DNA of 64,000 nt, from the NCBI RefSeq assembly GCF_001447785.1, contig NW_015161425.1, positions 676,443-740,442 of the forward strand, read 5' to 3'. The notes under the pieces are model-generated. The model did no database searches. It was not told where the DNA came from and worked only from the letters and a program-made list of their open reading frames with translations. The DNA comes from Gekko japonicus (lineage: Eukaryota). The position numbers and the translations under genes were made by a program. Positions 35,519 through 49,321 of the stretch are shown here, in pieces (position 1 is the first letter of the stretch; every line of letters starts with the position of its first letter).

Positions 35519-37298
35519 GCTGCCTCAGGCTGTGCAGGAGAAAACCTCTCTAGAAAGCCTCCACTGCAGCTCCATTACTCAGCAAAGACACACTCTACAT
35601 TTATCATTCATTTCATTTCTGCCAGGGCAAGAAGCTCATTTGCCCAAGGTCAACCCAAAGAAAAAAAATTCTTCTCTTCTCCCTCTAAAATAAATAAATA
35701 AATGTACCTGATAAGTGGGGATTTTGTCCCTTTGGGTGTGTAGAGTACAAACACACAAGATCATTCTAAAAAAATACCAGTAAAGCTGATCTTTTTATAG
35801 AAGAAGCCCTATAAATGCGACTGCATCCTTTCCCTCACCCCAGCAATAGATAATGAGGGAAACAAGGTTTTGGCACTGTCCCCATACTAAATAAGTTGTT
35901 AGTACAAACATGGGCACTTAAGTCAACAGTTTTTCTCTCAAAGTCTTCAAACAATACCTATGGTCCAAACAGCATGAATATGTTATTTGTTTCAAGAACC
36001 CCAGTTCAGGCTTTTAACCTTAGTCACAAAGCACCTCATAGGATTACCTAAGACTGCCTTGCTGGCTGTTTTGACAAGTGGCAGCTGTAAAAGCATAGTG
36101 AATCTGAACACAGGCGCTCGATGTTTAGAGTAACAGATGTCTATCGAGCATTTCTCCGAGAATCCCTGAACTTTACTGTGCAGCACTCATCTTGCACAGC
36201 CTATTTGACTGACCACCTATTTCTTAAAACAGCTGGGAAACTTTGCACAAACCATGGACATTATATACCAGTGTATGGAGGCCATTGTCCAAAAGACTAC
36301 AGCCATAACACAACTGTACTGTTTTCCATTCATCACCCAATTAATGATGGGGGGGAGGGACAGTCTTGTATTCATCCGTCAATCTCTTTTTACAATCCAT
36401 GGAAAAATGGACTTCATACCGAATCAGTACAGTTGCCCAAGAATGAGGCTAGGGATACTTTACAATTCACAAAAACAAAAATCTGATGAAAATATAAGTT
36501 CATCAGCTACAGTCCCCTAGTGTGCTAGATGGGAAAGGCAAGGGAAGACAAACTCATGGTGACAAGTTTCAAACCCAAATTACAGATTAGTGGACAAAGC
36601 CCCCATAGAAACATTCTTTCCCCTACTCTCAAGACTAGGACTGCCCCTCTGGATTCAGAAAACTAAAACACAATGCCTAAACCAGATGGGAGGGCTGGCA
36701 ACACTAAATAAGTGGTTACTCCTTGGCAGCCACTCAGATCCAGGAAGCAGAAAGTTGGTAGCATCTTAATTAAATCACATGATCAGCAGCTATAATTGCT
36801 ACAAATAAGCTTTACGCAACTCCTAGCTACAGGCACCAAACATCCTAAACTGATTGCTCTAACATAAAAAGCACAGAAAACACAATTTCCTGTTCTATGT
36901 TCCTGCAGAGAGCACAGAAGCCTGATTCATAGACCTTGGCCAGAATTAAGGAACCAGTGAAATTGGTTGGCCTTTTTGTGTGGGGACCTCCCCTGCCATC
37001 TTTTGCTTAAAGTCTCTTTTCTTTTTCCTTTTATTGTTCTTTTTCTCCTTGCGTATCCCCTTTTTAAAAAACACTGCACTCCTTATACAACAACCCTTTC
37101 ATTAGAAGTCCCTTCTGCAGTTCTTCTTTATTTGAAGAACAGATTCAAAATGGATTTTGAATTTAACTCGTCATTTACCATAACATAAAACCTTTGAAAT
37201 CTTATAGATAGTGAACCAGAACACAAACTAAAGCTTAAAAGGTAAATCAGACAGTAATTTCTTAAACTGCTAATTAGTTTCACCTAAGAACAGCATTA

Positions 37299-37484
<186 letters not shown>

Positions 37485-38845
37485 CTAGAACAAGCTACAG
37501 CCCACATCACCCTCCTTAAATAGGACTAAATATACTATGTGAGGGTTTTTTGCCCTTCACCATTCAGTGGTTTGCACATCAAAATCTCCACAGATAATTT
37601 ATCCTACTACTTAATCACTCTTAAAGGTTAACAATCCTGTCTGATATGTGACCTAACCTTCTCATTCTTCACTTTAAGCTTATTACCAATCAGCCTGGTC
37701 TTAGGGATGATTTAAGCATGCATTTTTTTCCCTTGTGACAATTACCATCATGTCTTCATTCCTTGTGTAACCTTGTTGCCTGTTTCAAAAGCACAGGAGG
37801 CTTCCCTACTTCGAACTTTCACCTGGTCTTGTCAATCACTGCCAGAGGGAGAAGGCTGTCTGCACTCCTAGCCCAACTGTATTTAATGGTGGGGAGATAA
37901 GAGGCATTTGACCTTTTGTGGGCTGAGGGAATGAGAGAGAGAAGGAGAACAAACTAAGGCAATGCCTTTTTAAGTGCTCCTGCTTTCTAGTAGGAGCTTC
38001 TAACTACACAGTCACCACAGATGTGGTGAAATGAGGTGGGAGAGTTCTAAAGTGATAAATTGGAATGCACTACTTCAAGACAGCAGGTGATGGATCTTTA
38101 AAATGTTCTGGAACATATAGATCTCCTTGCATATAGTAAACTAGCACAAGAAGTGGCCCCTACTATGCCCTCTACTATGCCAGACCTTATTTGCAAGGAG
38201 TTCCCCCTGTAGGGGAACATTCAAAAACAGTACCCGATGAAGAAGGGCAGATTGAAGTAGTCCAGCACATTCTATCACCCTACGGTTCTTTCATCTCATT
38301 TAACTGCATGAGTACACCGGGTTCCAGATCCACTTATTTAAGAGGCACTGAATTTCAAAATACGCCTGCTCTGGATATTGGGAATGCAGCCTTAAACTGG
38401 CACCAACTGCAAATCTACATGCAGAACTACAGGAAAACCAATACATGCAGAACTACAGGAAACCAATACAGGATTAAATTGGGTTAACACGTACAGATCC
38501 AAAAATCAGGCTAAATATACAAAGATGGATGGGGCTAATGATGTTAATCTTTTATCTACTACTTTCAGAAATATACACTCAAACTAAGATTTCAGCGCAT
38601 TTTAAATGCCAAATTTGGGACTTTTAGGACAAGACAGAAAACTGTCACTAGAGATGATGTTATTACTAATCCCTTGTTAGGAAAGAGGTTTTAAAATACA
38701 ACTGTTTTTATGTTACTTGCTCTAACTGCCTAGTAAAGGTGACAGCTTCATAAGTTTTTATTATTAAGGGAAAACCAAGAGAAGATAAGAAAAAGAATCA
38801 GATACCCAAATACCATACTTAAACATATTTTTTATTTTCACTTAC

Positions 38846-38876
38846 CTCTTTGTTTTGGAAATATTTCAGTGGGATG
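38846..38876 (-). CDS. MRPS9: MRPS9 exon 4 (31 nt)
   Basis: ACAG|CAT...AGA G|GTAAGT; HPTEIFPKQR; follows a 90-nt intron. Confidence 0.95.
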
Positions 38877-38966
38877 CTGTTTTTTTAAAGGAAGTAATAA
38901 AATCAAGTTAGTAAATTGATAAGGCACACTTGTCTTGATATCAACAGCACTGAATATGGTTCTCAC

Positions 38967-39029
38967 CTTCATTATAGGTCTGGCCCTTTTCTCAAACAAA
39001 CCAGATGGAAAGAGGTAGGTGATAGCTTT
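38967..39029 (-). CDS. MRPS9: MRPS9 exon 3 (63 nt)
   Basis: TGCAG|AAA...AAG|GTGAGA; KAITYLFPSGLFEKRARPIMK. Confidence 0.96.
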
Positions 39030-41429
39030 CTGCAGACAAACAGATATTTTGTTAGTTATAACTCTGATTTTATGAAGTGTTAAAATATAGGTGTCTCACA
39101 AAAATCTAGCACGTCCAGAAATTTTAGTGTTCAAATTAAATTCTAACCTCCAAATTGTGCTGTTGGCTACATGATTTTCTGCTACTTAATGCTGATAACA
39201 TTTAATATCAGGGCTGATTCATGTGCTTACACATTCTGCTAAGAAAGCTACACATGTAAATGATTTCCCCTCCATGTGCTTAGACTTTCTTCTCTTAGCA
39301 GTGCTACAGGCACATGAAGCTGAAGGGCTTTCAAGACAGGCTTAAAATGCTTTGCCAGAAAAGAACAGCCCTACACCTATTATCTTTCCTCATTTAATCC
39401 AACCTATAGTATATCATGATTTCTAACCCATCAACATAACTGGCTCTGATATGATTTCAACTGCTAAAGAGCTCAGGGCAGCATACGTGGTTCTCTTTCT
39501 TCATTTGTTATCCTCACAACCACCTTGTGAAGGCTGAGTGTTTGTGACTGGCCAAGAACACACAATGAGTTTCATAGTTGCGTAGGGACTTGAATTGTGG
39601 TACAGGGCTGCCAGGAGGTTGGTAAGTGGGAAGGACAGAAGAAAGCAGGGAAATAGGACAGGGTATGGAGCTGTGAGGAGGAGAGAAAGAGGGGAAAGTG
39701 TGGGGAAAGTGGATGCAGGGAAAAGTCCTTGCAGGTTCCCCACTTGTAATAATATAATACAACTTCCATATAGCTGTTAACAACCTTGATCTTACTGGTA
39801 AGAACAAACCCCTTATATATACCTTCACAAGTAATAAATATCCTTCAGTTCTAGTAGGAAACATTTTCTATAAGATATACAACCTGAAAGATTTACTAAG
39901 AACTGAGGAGGAAGAAAAGTTAATTACCTCACATTTGTTCAGACTCACTCAGAGTTGAAGACTAGCTCCCCCCCCCCACTGTTCTTAGCAACTATGAGAG
40001 GTTGTAATGCATTTTTTTTTTTAACTGAACAAGGAATCTGGTAAGTGGCCAAGATCCAAAGAGCTTTCAGGACTTTTCTGCAGCTCCCTTCCCCCTACGG
40101 GAGCGGATTTGCCTTAAGGACTCTTCAAATTGGAGTTTTAAAATTGCATATCGTCCTCCCCAACACAGTAGAACCAAAGTCACTGGTCAATTTCTATCAT
40201 GAATAAATTCCACATTTTTGTGAAATAAGAGAAACCCTTATCATTCAGAATTAGAAATAGGAGGTACAGATGTCATGTGTGTAAGGAGACAAGGCAGAGT
40301 AAATATCTTAAATAAATGAATTAGTTTTGCGCACCCATCCTAAAGATATGTCTATAGGACTAAATCCTGCTGATTTTAACAGAATAGACTTTCAGGTAAA
40401 CAGCACTAATTCAGAAGGCTCTTCAATCATACAGAAACTCTAATTCGCGTAAACAGTATTCTACCTAAGTTCAATGGTGGGGATCCTCCATATGTTCATT
40501 AGAATGTCAGGCATACTTGGAACATGCAAAAGGTTATCATGGTAAGCAGAGACTCCATGCATGCATCACAACCTTGCTGAAGCCAGCAGGTCTTGAGACC
40601 TAGTCAGTTCATAGGTGGTGGGGAGCCACCTGGAATACCTATTTATGCTGCCTTGAGATTCAAGGACAGGCACAATTGTAATAAATACATGAATGGGATA
40701 CAGCATATTATGAATGTTATGCAAAATTAAACATACTATGGACCTGAATCTTGAACTTTTATGTATAAAATTTACATTCTGGACAAAAACCTTTTTTTGC
40801 ATGCACAACAATGAGAAACAAGTCTCAAGTCTGCAGTTAGTTTTTTCCTCTCTGAAGAATTGTACTTCATTGCTGGTTACGTTAACTCAAGGGTATTGCG
40901 TGTTGATAACATATTTTGTTTAGACACAGATTGGTTTGTCAATGTTGTCAACCCACTTAATATGTGTGAAGTGTATAAAGACTTCACCTACTACTTTATT
41001 AATACCCTACTGGCATTCTAAACAGAAATTCTGAGAATTCAGCAGCAAACAAAAAGGATTAACTTGATTTTATGGAATAGTATTTTGTTTCTCTTAGCAC
41101 TTTGACAAATTCCCATTTGTTAGTCAATGGGGATATTGTACACATACACACAGAGTAGGTGAACATCTATTTGTGAACAAATGGGGATTAATTATAATGA
41201 CAATAGGAAAACCCACTGTGAGCCAACGGATATTAAATACCATATAAAATAACATATGAAAAGAATATATTATCAAATCCTGGGACCAACTGTGTGTACT
41301 TATTAAGAAGTCTCTTCTTTACTAGCCGGCTTGACTTGATCCAAACATTAATCTCAGCTACAAAAGCAAAAACACTGTAGCAGAATAGGCTATTTTTTGT
41401 GTACATACTAAGCAGATAGAAAAGACCAT

Positions 41430-41515
41430 GAGCCTAATCCTATGCATGTTTACTCAGAAGTAAATCCCATAGTGTTCAATGGGACTTCTACATAGGTGTG
41501 ACTAGATTGTAGCCT
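41430..41515. repeat. Short old palindromic interspersed repeat (MITE-like)
   Basis: AATCCTATGCATGTTTACTCAGAAGTAAATCCCAT...ATGGGACTT...AGATT; related decayed copies near 24460, 48650 and 52445. Confidence 0.55.
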
Positions 41516-44500
41516 AAGGCAACTAATGATGATGTCACAGATTAAAAATATTAAAACATCAAAACATCAGACTTTTAAAGAGAATTCTAGTTATTTCTTT
41601 CAGATCTAGCCATACTGCTAAAATCAGGAGAGGATCCACTCTGAGCCTGCTTGAAAATCTTTAACGGCAACCAAACTTTAAAAATCCACTTAAGCATGCA
41701 TTTCAAGTGCCTTCTGATGAAGTTCTATATATTAAGCATTCAAGGTAGCTAAGTTTTCCATTTGTAGATTTAGAGTCTTCCAAAGTTTTATTTTGAGTTG
41801 TGGCACATCCATGGCCAGCACTCTCATTCATCTAGTTTGGCAATGCAACCCCCCCCCCCCCCAAACTATCTACAGTTGCTGATGCCACTTGTCCTAAAGG
41901 GAAGTTCCTATGGACAACTAACTATATGTAAGTTTACGGTGAAATGGCAACTTGAAGGACCTGGCAGCAGCCACCACTACCATCAGGTTGCTAACGATAC
42001 CATAGCTGTTTTTGCTATACAGAACATGGCTCTTTTTTACCCTCAACAATGTTACACTTTATGTTCCATCTTTCTTCCATCATGGTACTCAATGCCATCT
42101 ATAGTTTCGAGTGGTCTTCCATGGGACAGACCCAGACCTGCTTAGCTTCTGAACACCCTTCAGAAAGCTTGATACTCTTAAGGCAGCTTAAGCCATAGCA
42201 GCCCATAGTAGAACAGCTCTGAAGTAGTCAAGGCACAAACCGAGGGCAACCTCAAATGTCAAATCCAATACAATTTCAGACACCACCATCAGATGAAATA
42301 AAAGTAAAAACAATGGTGCATAAAGTGCAAGCACATGACCAACAGGAATCTTTGGGTGATGGCCCAAGTATTGAGATGATACTGGGAAGTCTAAGCAACA
42401 GGAGCCAAATCTGTGTTCGAAAACATGTTCCTGGCTACTACTGCCACCAGGATATTCCAGAACATGCTCAAGCTGCCAGCCTGGCTTTTGCTTAAACCTA
42501 TTCCTTGATTACCCTTCTTTCCAACCAACAGGAAGCCCAATCTTCTCAGTATTAAGCTTTCATTTATTTGGACCGTCAAAAAAATGTTTTCAAGCATCTG
42601 TACACAGGATTCGGGATAGATCATGTTCCCAAAGTAAATTATTCACATGTTTTGATGCGGATCAAGACTAAATTTTCCCATCAGCAGAACGGAACTTTTC
42701 TGCCTCCCCCACTGATCTCTGTTAAATGCTGCTCCTGAGGGACAGGGGACCCTGAAAGACAATATGAGGGAGATAATCTGTGGAAACTGCCCATTTAGTC
42801 TGGCTCCAGGTGTTAACAGGAAGGTTCCTAAAACAATGATTTTGCAGGGAAGAGTGAGGCCTATACGTTAGCATAGGTTTCCAGCACCAACACCACCAGC
42901 CATAGACATAAGTGAGACCCTGGAAAGAAAACTAATAGGTTCCAGGAAATCTGCATGGTTGAAAATTGCAACAGGGAGTTCTTAGCATGTGTAAGAAGTT
43001 GTTCAGCAACAACCACACAAACATCATATGAACAGGGCCTCAGACTTACCCCAAAACAAGACTTTGTGAGGTAGAAAAGGAGTCTCAAAATGTGTCAGAT
43101 GTTATCTTGTGTCACTTGCAAGGGTATTACCGATAAACTTTCATATATTCAGGGTCAAATCTGGAAAGGACCGATCGCTATTCCTGTCCACCTATTTTAA
43201 TAATCATAATGCAGGTCCCCACAACCTTTAAAAATCAGCCCTGCAGATCGAATACACCTTTACGTAAACAGGCATATGCTATATATTATTACAGCATAAC
43301 TTGTAAGGAAGCTATGGGTCTTCAAGAAACTGTTTAAGACTAATGCAGATAAACAGTGTTCACATAGTCATGTGACGCTATTGAGATATTTCCTAGCTCT
43401 CTTTCAGTGGGATATCACAGATAAAACACTACCTTCTGAAGCTCAGGTTTTTCAAGTTAGGCTTCAGTGCTCCTACTTCCGGCTGCAAACTTTCCTTAAA
43501 TCAACCTATGGCAACTCCACGTTTGGGCACTAAACAACATAAGATGTCTTAAATCTTCACCAGTGGTGAACCTGTATCATATAAAATCGATATGCTCTTG
43601 TTGGAAAGGAAACTCTCTTTTTCCTTTTAATCAATGTGCTTCAGGCCACAACTTTTTTTTTTTTTTGAAAGAGAACAATCTCTCACTACCCTTGGCAAAA
43701 GGCATTTGTCAATGGAACCAGTTTCTTAAAACATTTGTTTTACATTTAAGCATTAGACAAGTAGCCTGCATGTCAATATCAACCAAGACCTTTGGCCTAC
43801 CCCTTCCTCTGAAGAGCTTTAGTACCAACATATTAATTCAATATAATAGCACCATTCACTTTTCTTGATAAGTTTGAATAAGGAACCTTTTGAATTAGGT
43901 TGAGGCGTAATACGAAGTTGCTACTGTATTTAACAGATAGCAAATTATTATTATAAGTAGGCTGGGAGTACACTTTGAGGGTAGTGTCCTTCATGTCAAA
44001 TGATCTGCCAGATCAAAAACTAAGGGAAACTGTTTACTCCATACGGTAAAAGTGAAATAGCAAAATAAAAGGATTACATTCTCAACCCAGGGAAAAGCTC
44101 TAGGTCAGGACTGCAATCTCTATTAATTAGGTATCCCAGCTGGGCNNNNNNNNNNNNNNNNNNNNNNNNNNNNNNNNNNNNNNNNNNNNNNNNNNNNNNN
44201 NNNNNNNNNNNNNNNNNNNNNNNNNNNNNNNNNNNNNNNNNNNNNNNNNNNNNNNNNNNNNNNNNNNNNNNNNNNNNNNNNNNNNNNNNNNNNNNNNNNN
44301 NNNNNNNNNNNNNNNNNNNNNNNNNNNNNNNNNNNNNNNNNNNNNNNNNNNNNNNNNNNNNNNNNNNNNNNNNNNNNNNNNNNNNNNNNNNNNNNNNNNN
44401 NNNNNNNNNNNNNNNNNNNNNNNNNNNNNTAGAGAAACTTCATACTGCATATTCACACATAGGAGAATAAAACATCCTGATTTCAGAGCACGGTCTATAA

Positions 44501-45457
44501 TACCAATTAAAAAGCAATTGGTAGACTTCTGCAGAGTTATATATCAATTTGCTGGGTTCTCCCCCACCCCAAGACATACCCTCGTAATTTACAGCTTAAC
44601 TTTTTTTATTTCTTCAAAAATAAAACCACTAGTAAAAACCTGCACTGTGCGAGAACCCATTGGAAAAAAGTACTGACAGACCGTTAACGTATTTCCCCAT
44701 ATGACTTGTTTTAAAACATACACATCCAAAATGCCAGGAAGAAAAAGAACCCGAGGATGTCTACTTTTGAAAAGCGCTGCATGCAGTGATTAACAGCAGA
44801 CGACAGGAGATGCATAAGCACTCATCAGAAGGAATTATTACCATTCCAAGTGTAAAGCCTGATAATTCTGCTGCCACTGCTAAGCGGCTTTTATATTTTT
44901 ATAACAGAAATTTAATTATGCATAACAGACACTGTTATACAGCCTAAGTATTTACAACACCTGATGTTATGTGAGCAAATTGAACAAGCATTATAAGCAC
45001 TGTGCTTTGCTAAGTAAAATGTTGTTCTTTGTTGTCTTCATCTTTTTACACATATAAGATGAAAACGTTGAACTGGTCTTATACTTGACATCTGTAATAA
45101 GGAGAAAATGAGATTGTTCAGGTTATAACCCATTTTCTTGATGAGTGGGAGGTAACATACTAGGAAGAAGGTTGCAATAAGAAAGGCCTGGCCTGCTGCT
45201 AGCCTACACATTTAGATAGCTAATCTACTGGCTTTTTGCAACCACTTTGATTGGGGTTCTGGTATGGCCCTCCATCTATTTTCTCCTAGTTCACAATATT
45301 AAAACACACTGAGGTTATGTTCCAGCAGACTGAGCCTTCTCAGCCTTCCACAGATTAAGGTGTTTTATTTTTTTTGTTACGTAACAGTATCAGGAGTTCA
45401 GCTGAGATGCCGCAGACAGGAACCTGACCACTTATTTTAAGGGTCTAGCTAAATGGT

Positions 45458-45781
45458 GGCTCAAATGGTTATGATGCTGAACTGCAGGCTGGAAAGTTGG
45501 TAGTTCAGCAGTTTGAGACCCGAGTGCCGCATGTTGGAGTGAGCTCCCGACTCTGGTTCCAGCTCCTGCCAACCTAGCAGTTCGAAAGCAAGAAATTGCA
45601 AGTAGATAAATAGGTACTGCTTCGGTGGGAAGGTAACAGCGTTCCGTGCTGTTTAGTCATGCAGGCCACATGACCACGGAAATGTTTTTGGACAGCGCTG
45701 GCTCTTCGGCTTGGAAACGGAGATGAGCACCACATCCCTAGAGTCGGATTTGACTGGCTTTTGAGCAAGGGAAACCTTTAC
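45458..45781 (+). mobile_element. Sauria SINE with TSD
   Basis: Same family; flanking CTAAATGGT direct repeat at 45449 and 45782. Confidence 0.9.
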
Positions 45782-47605
45782 CTAAATGGTAATAACCACT
45801 AACCATAGTATGTGCTAAAACACTGAACAGATATAAAGTGTTACTGAACAGATATAAAATGGGAGTACAGAAGCAGTTGCTTGCAGAAAAGCGGTAGACT
45901 GAAGTAGGTGATGAATCAGTCCCATGTCCATGCTTTGCCTTAGCTGGGTTGTGGTTTGATACCAAAAAGTAAGATCTTCCAAGAGGAAGGCAAATAGGGA
46001 GGGCTGATTTTGGGGAGAAGTGCAGGCAAATCTAAAATGCCCTTCTTCTGTTCCCCACTTCCCGACTTTAAATAACCTTCCATCCGGCTAAGACCTGTTT
46101 GGCACAAACCACAGTCTAACACAATGCAATGCCACAATAATATCTAATTGTGCAACAAAGGAAATGTGCTTGTGTGAAATTCAAAGTGACACTGATTCAC
46201 TTTCGGCATGTCCAAGTGGCCTGCCAAGCGTACAGTAGAATTCCCAAAAAACTTTTAAGAGACAAGACTGCAAAAGGCAGTCAGAAAAGTATACACTCAC
46301 AAGAAAACAAAAAGGAGAACAGAAGCACAGCACCTAATAGGATGGGTGCTTTGACACTAATGACAGTGAATTACAAATAAGCCTATTCAGATATAAGCCT
46401 TTTATTCTGAATTCTTCAACAGTTCAGTGTATACAAATAAACTAGGGGAAATGAACATTAACAGGGTTTGTACTGCTTTGATTTTCCCTATGTGTTAACA
46501 TTCAAATCGGTTGTGAGCAATCACTGGGTCACCATCCGAGAGTTCCCTGTTATGTCCACATGCCGCTTGGTGTCTGTTCTTCCTCTGCACTCATTTACCC
46601 CTCACCCTCCTTTGTCACCAGTGAGAATCCTGCATGCTGAAAGTCAAAGATTCTCCTTTCCACCTATGAGTTATCTTCCACCTTCACCCTCCCTCTTCAG
46701 AGTGTGCAAACCCAATTCAGTACTGGATTACTAGATGCAGACCATGCCTTACTTCCATATAAGCCGCCCTGAGCCCGCTTGCAGGGAGGGCGGGGTAAAA
46801 AAATGTCTAAATAAAATAAATAAATAAATAAATAATCTTCTACATAGGAAAAGAGAGGAATTAGGGTAGAGCAAAGCCTAAACTCAACAGCCCTTACTAC
46901 TGATGAAACATGCACAAAATTAGCCTTAACATAAGTTAGTGGGCTCAAACGTGAGTAACCTGTCCACACAGTTACAGCTTAAATAATGGACGGCTTATTG
47001 TAAGGGGTCTGAACACCAACACTGTCATTCCAGTGTGTGTCTTTACACGAAAACCATCTGAGAACAATGCACCTTCGTATGAACATGGCCTCATGCCAAG
47101 GCGCACAGTACAAAGGTCAGAACTACAGACTAATAAATAAGTTGCTGAGTGATGCCCCACATCTCTTCCATAGTCCCATGGTCATTAGAGCTTTCAGCTG
47201 TACCTCAAAGAACCAAATACAAGTTCTGTCAGAGGAAGTAGAATAACAAGGGAGCAATAAGGCAGGAGGCACATTGAAAAACACGAAACAAACAAAATGA
47301 GACCATTAACGTTCCCTTGTTAGATCAGAACACTAGCCTAACTTTCTGTTTCCAGCAGTGCCAGCTAGACACCTATGTGAACTCAAGGTATAACAGAAAC
47401 ACACATTACCTGCTTCTCTTAGCAGCCGGTATTTAGAGTGCTGAATCTGTACCTTGTATTGTTCTCCCCCTAATGAGTTCAGAGTGGGATCAAACATGCT
47501 TATAACAACTCTGTGAGGTAGGTCTGGTTGAGTGGGCGACTAGACAAGGCTATCAGTAACTTTCACGGCTCAAGCAGGGATTCAAACTCAATAGCAGTAC
47601 TCTGT

Positions 47606-47730
47606 GAGAGCCAGCCTGATGTAGTGGTAAAGAGTGGCAGACTCTAATCTGGAGAACCAGGTTCGATTCTCCACATCTCCACATGAAGCCAAATGGGTGA
47701 CCTTGGGTCAGTCACAGTTCTCTCAGCCCC
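47606..47730 (+). mobile_element. Squam3-like SINE 5' half
   Basis: GAGAGCCAGCCTGATGTAGTGG...GGTTCGATTCTCC...TGACCTTGGGTCAGTCAC. Confidence 0.78.
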
Positions 47731-47994
47731 CCCCCCAATAAATCCAGCTCGCCACAAAAAGAGCTAGAGCCTCAGGCTGTCAGACAATCTTCGGATCTCC
47801 TGGCTATACTACACACACTGCCATACGATAATTATTAATTATTACCAGTACTCTTCTCCCTCTATCACATGGGCTGCTTGTCTCAAACACTGACATATTG
47901 TGCTTTATCATACTGGGCACTAAAAAGGACAATAACGGAAAAAATAGATGAGAGGCCTGGAGAGAAATGTTACTTTCAAAAATGTTCATATAAG

Positions 47995-48284
47995 AAAAGA
48001 AGAAGAAGAAGAAGAGAAGAAGAGATTGGATTTATATCCCGCCCTTCACTTGGAGTCTCAGAGCGGCTTACAAACTCCTTTCCCTTCCCCTCCCCACAAC
48101 AGACACCCTGTGAGGTGGGTGGGGCTGAGAGAACTCTGACACAAACTGCTCTTTTTCAAGGACAGCTGTGCCAGAGCTTGTGACTGACCCAAGGTCACAT
48201 CAGCAGGTGCAAGTGGAGGAGTGGGGAATCAAACCTGGTTCTCCCAGATTAGAGTCCGCACACTTAACCACTACACCAAACTGG
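47995..48284 (-). mobile_element. Squam3-like SINE with (TTC)n tail
   Basis: Same family as the 11090 copy; (GAA)n run on + strand. Confidence 0.85.
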
Positions 48285-49138
48285 TTGAAGAACAACCTGT
48301 CTTTGTAGGTTAAACAGACTGTTACTCAGAGACAGCCTTTCTGGCAGTTGTTCCCTAAATATCAAACCTCCTTTACAAATGACAGTAGCCTGACACCATC
48401 TTTAGGTGCGCTGGGAAGTCTATCTTCTTTCCCCAAGACTTTGGAAGTATTTTTGTTTCAACTTCAGGGTTTGTTTTAATTGTTCCTTTATTATTTTTTC
48501 TGAGTTTTCAAAGACCAGCTTAGATTTCATTTCATTAATTAATACTGATTGCTCTGAATTATTATTTTGGCTTCTGTTTTACTTTGTAATTGCTTTTATG
48601 GTGGTTATTGGATTGATTTCTCTTAAACCCCTTGAATCCTATATAATAATAAGCGCACTGGAATTAAGTCCAGAGGGACTTACTCCCAAGTACAAATGCA
48701 TGGAATTGCAGGCCGTGATGAAAAAGGTCACTGGCGATGCTAGTCGCTCTAGTATCATACACGAACCCCAGTATACTCCGTATACTCAGCAGGTCAAATT
48801 ACGGGTAAATGCTTCCAAATGCTATATAAACTTTGATAGTGGTTCTTACGACCTCAGATCAAGGGGATTATCCATTAGTAGTTTTAAAAAGAACCTGCTG
48901 TGCTTTAGCAAGGTATAGTATAAAGCACTACACTGTGATGTCTGACCTCGCACAGTAGTAGGGGCAGAATCTCTATTCAGAGCCACAGTTGCAATGTTTT
49001 CTATGTATAGTAGTAGTCTCTCGTATTCTGACAGTTCGATTAAAATTCAGAGAGCTGAGGGGCTCATGCTGAAGCAAAGAGCTTTCAATTCTGAAACCCC
49101 GCAGTAAATTACTTCTCCAACTGAGCAACCATACTTAC

Positions 49139-49321
49139 ATCAATATCCTCTTGGGTAAAAGTTTCTGGATCTTCTCCCATCATGTTGGCTAAATGTCTCT
49201 TTCCTATGTTGAACTCTTCAATCTGTTTTTTAATAAAAGCTTCTGTGTACTTCTCGGGTCCCGAAGCTGCTATATTTTTCCTCTGCGCTGCTGCAGAACT
49301 AGTGCAGATTAGCCTTGGTGC
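49139..49321 (-). CDS. MRPS9: MRPS9 exon 2 (183 nt)
   Basis: C-tract+CAG|GCA...GAT|GTAAGT; [61 protein letters not shown]. Confidence 0.96.

Noticed and set aside
34907-35701. 264-aa and 179-aa ORFs (also 44123-44456)
   Set aside because: They stay open only because they run through N bases.
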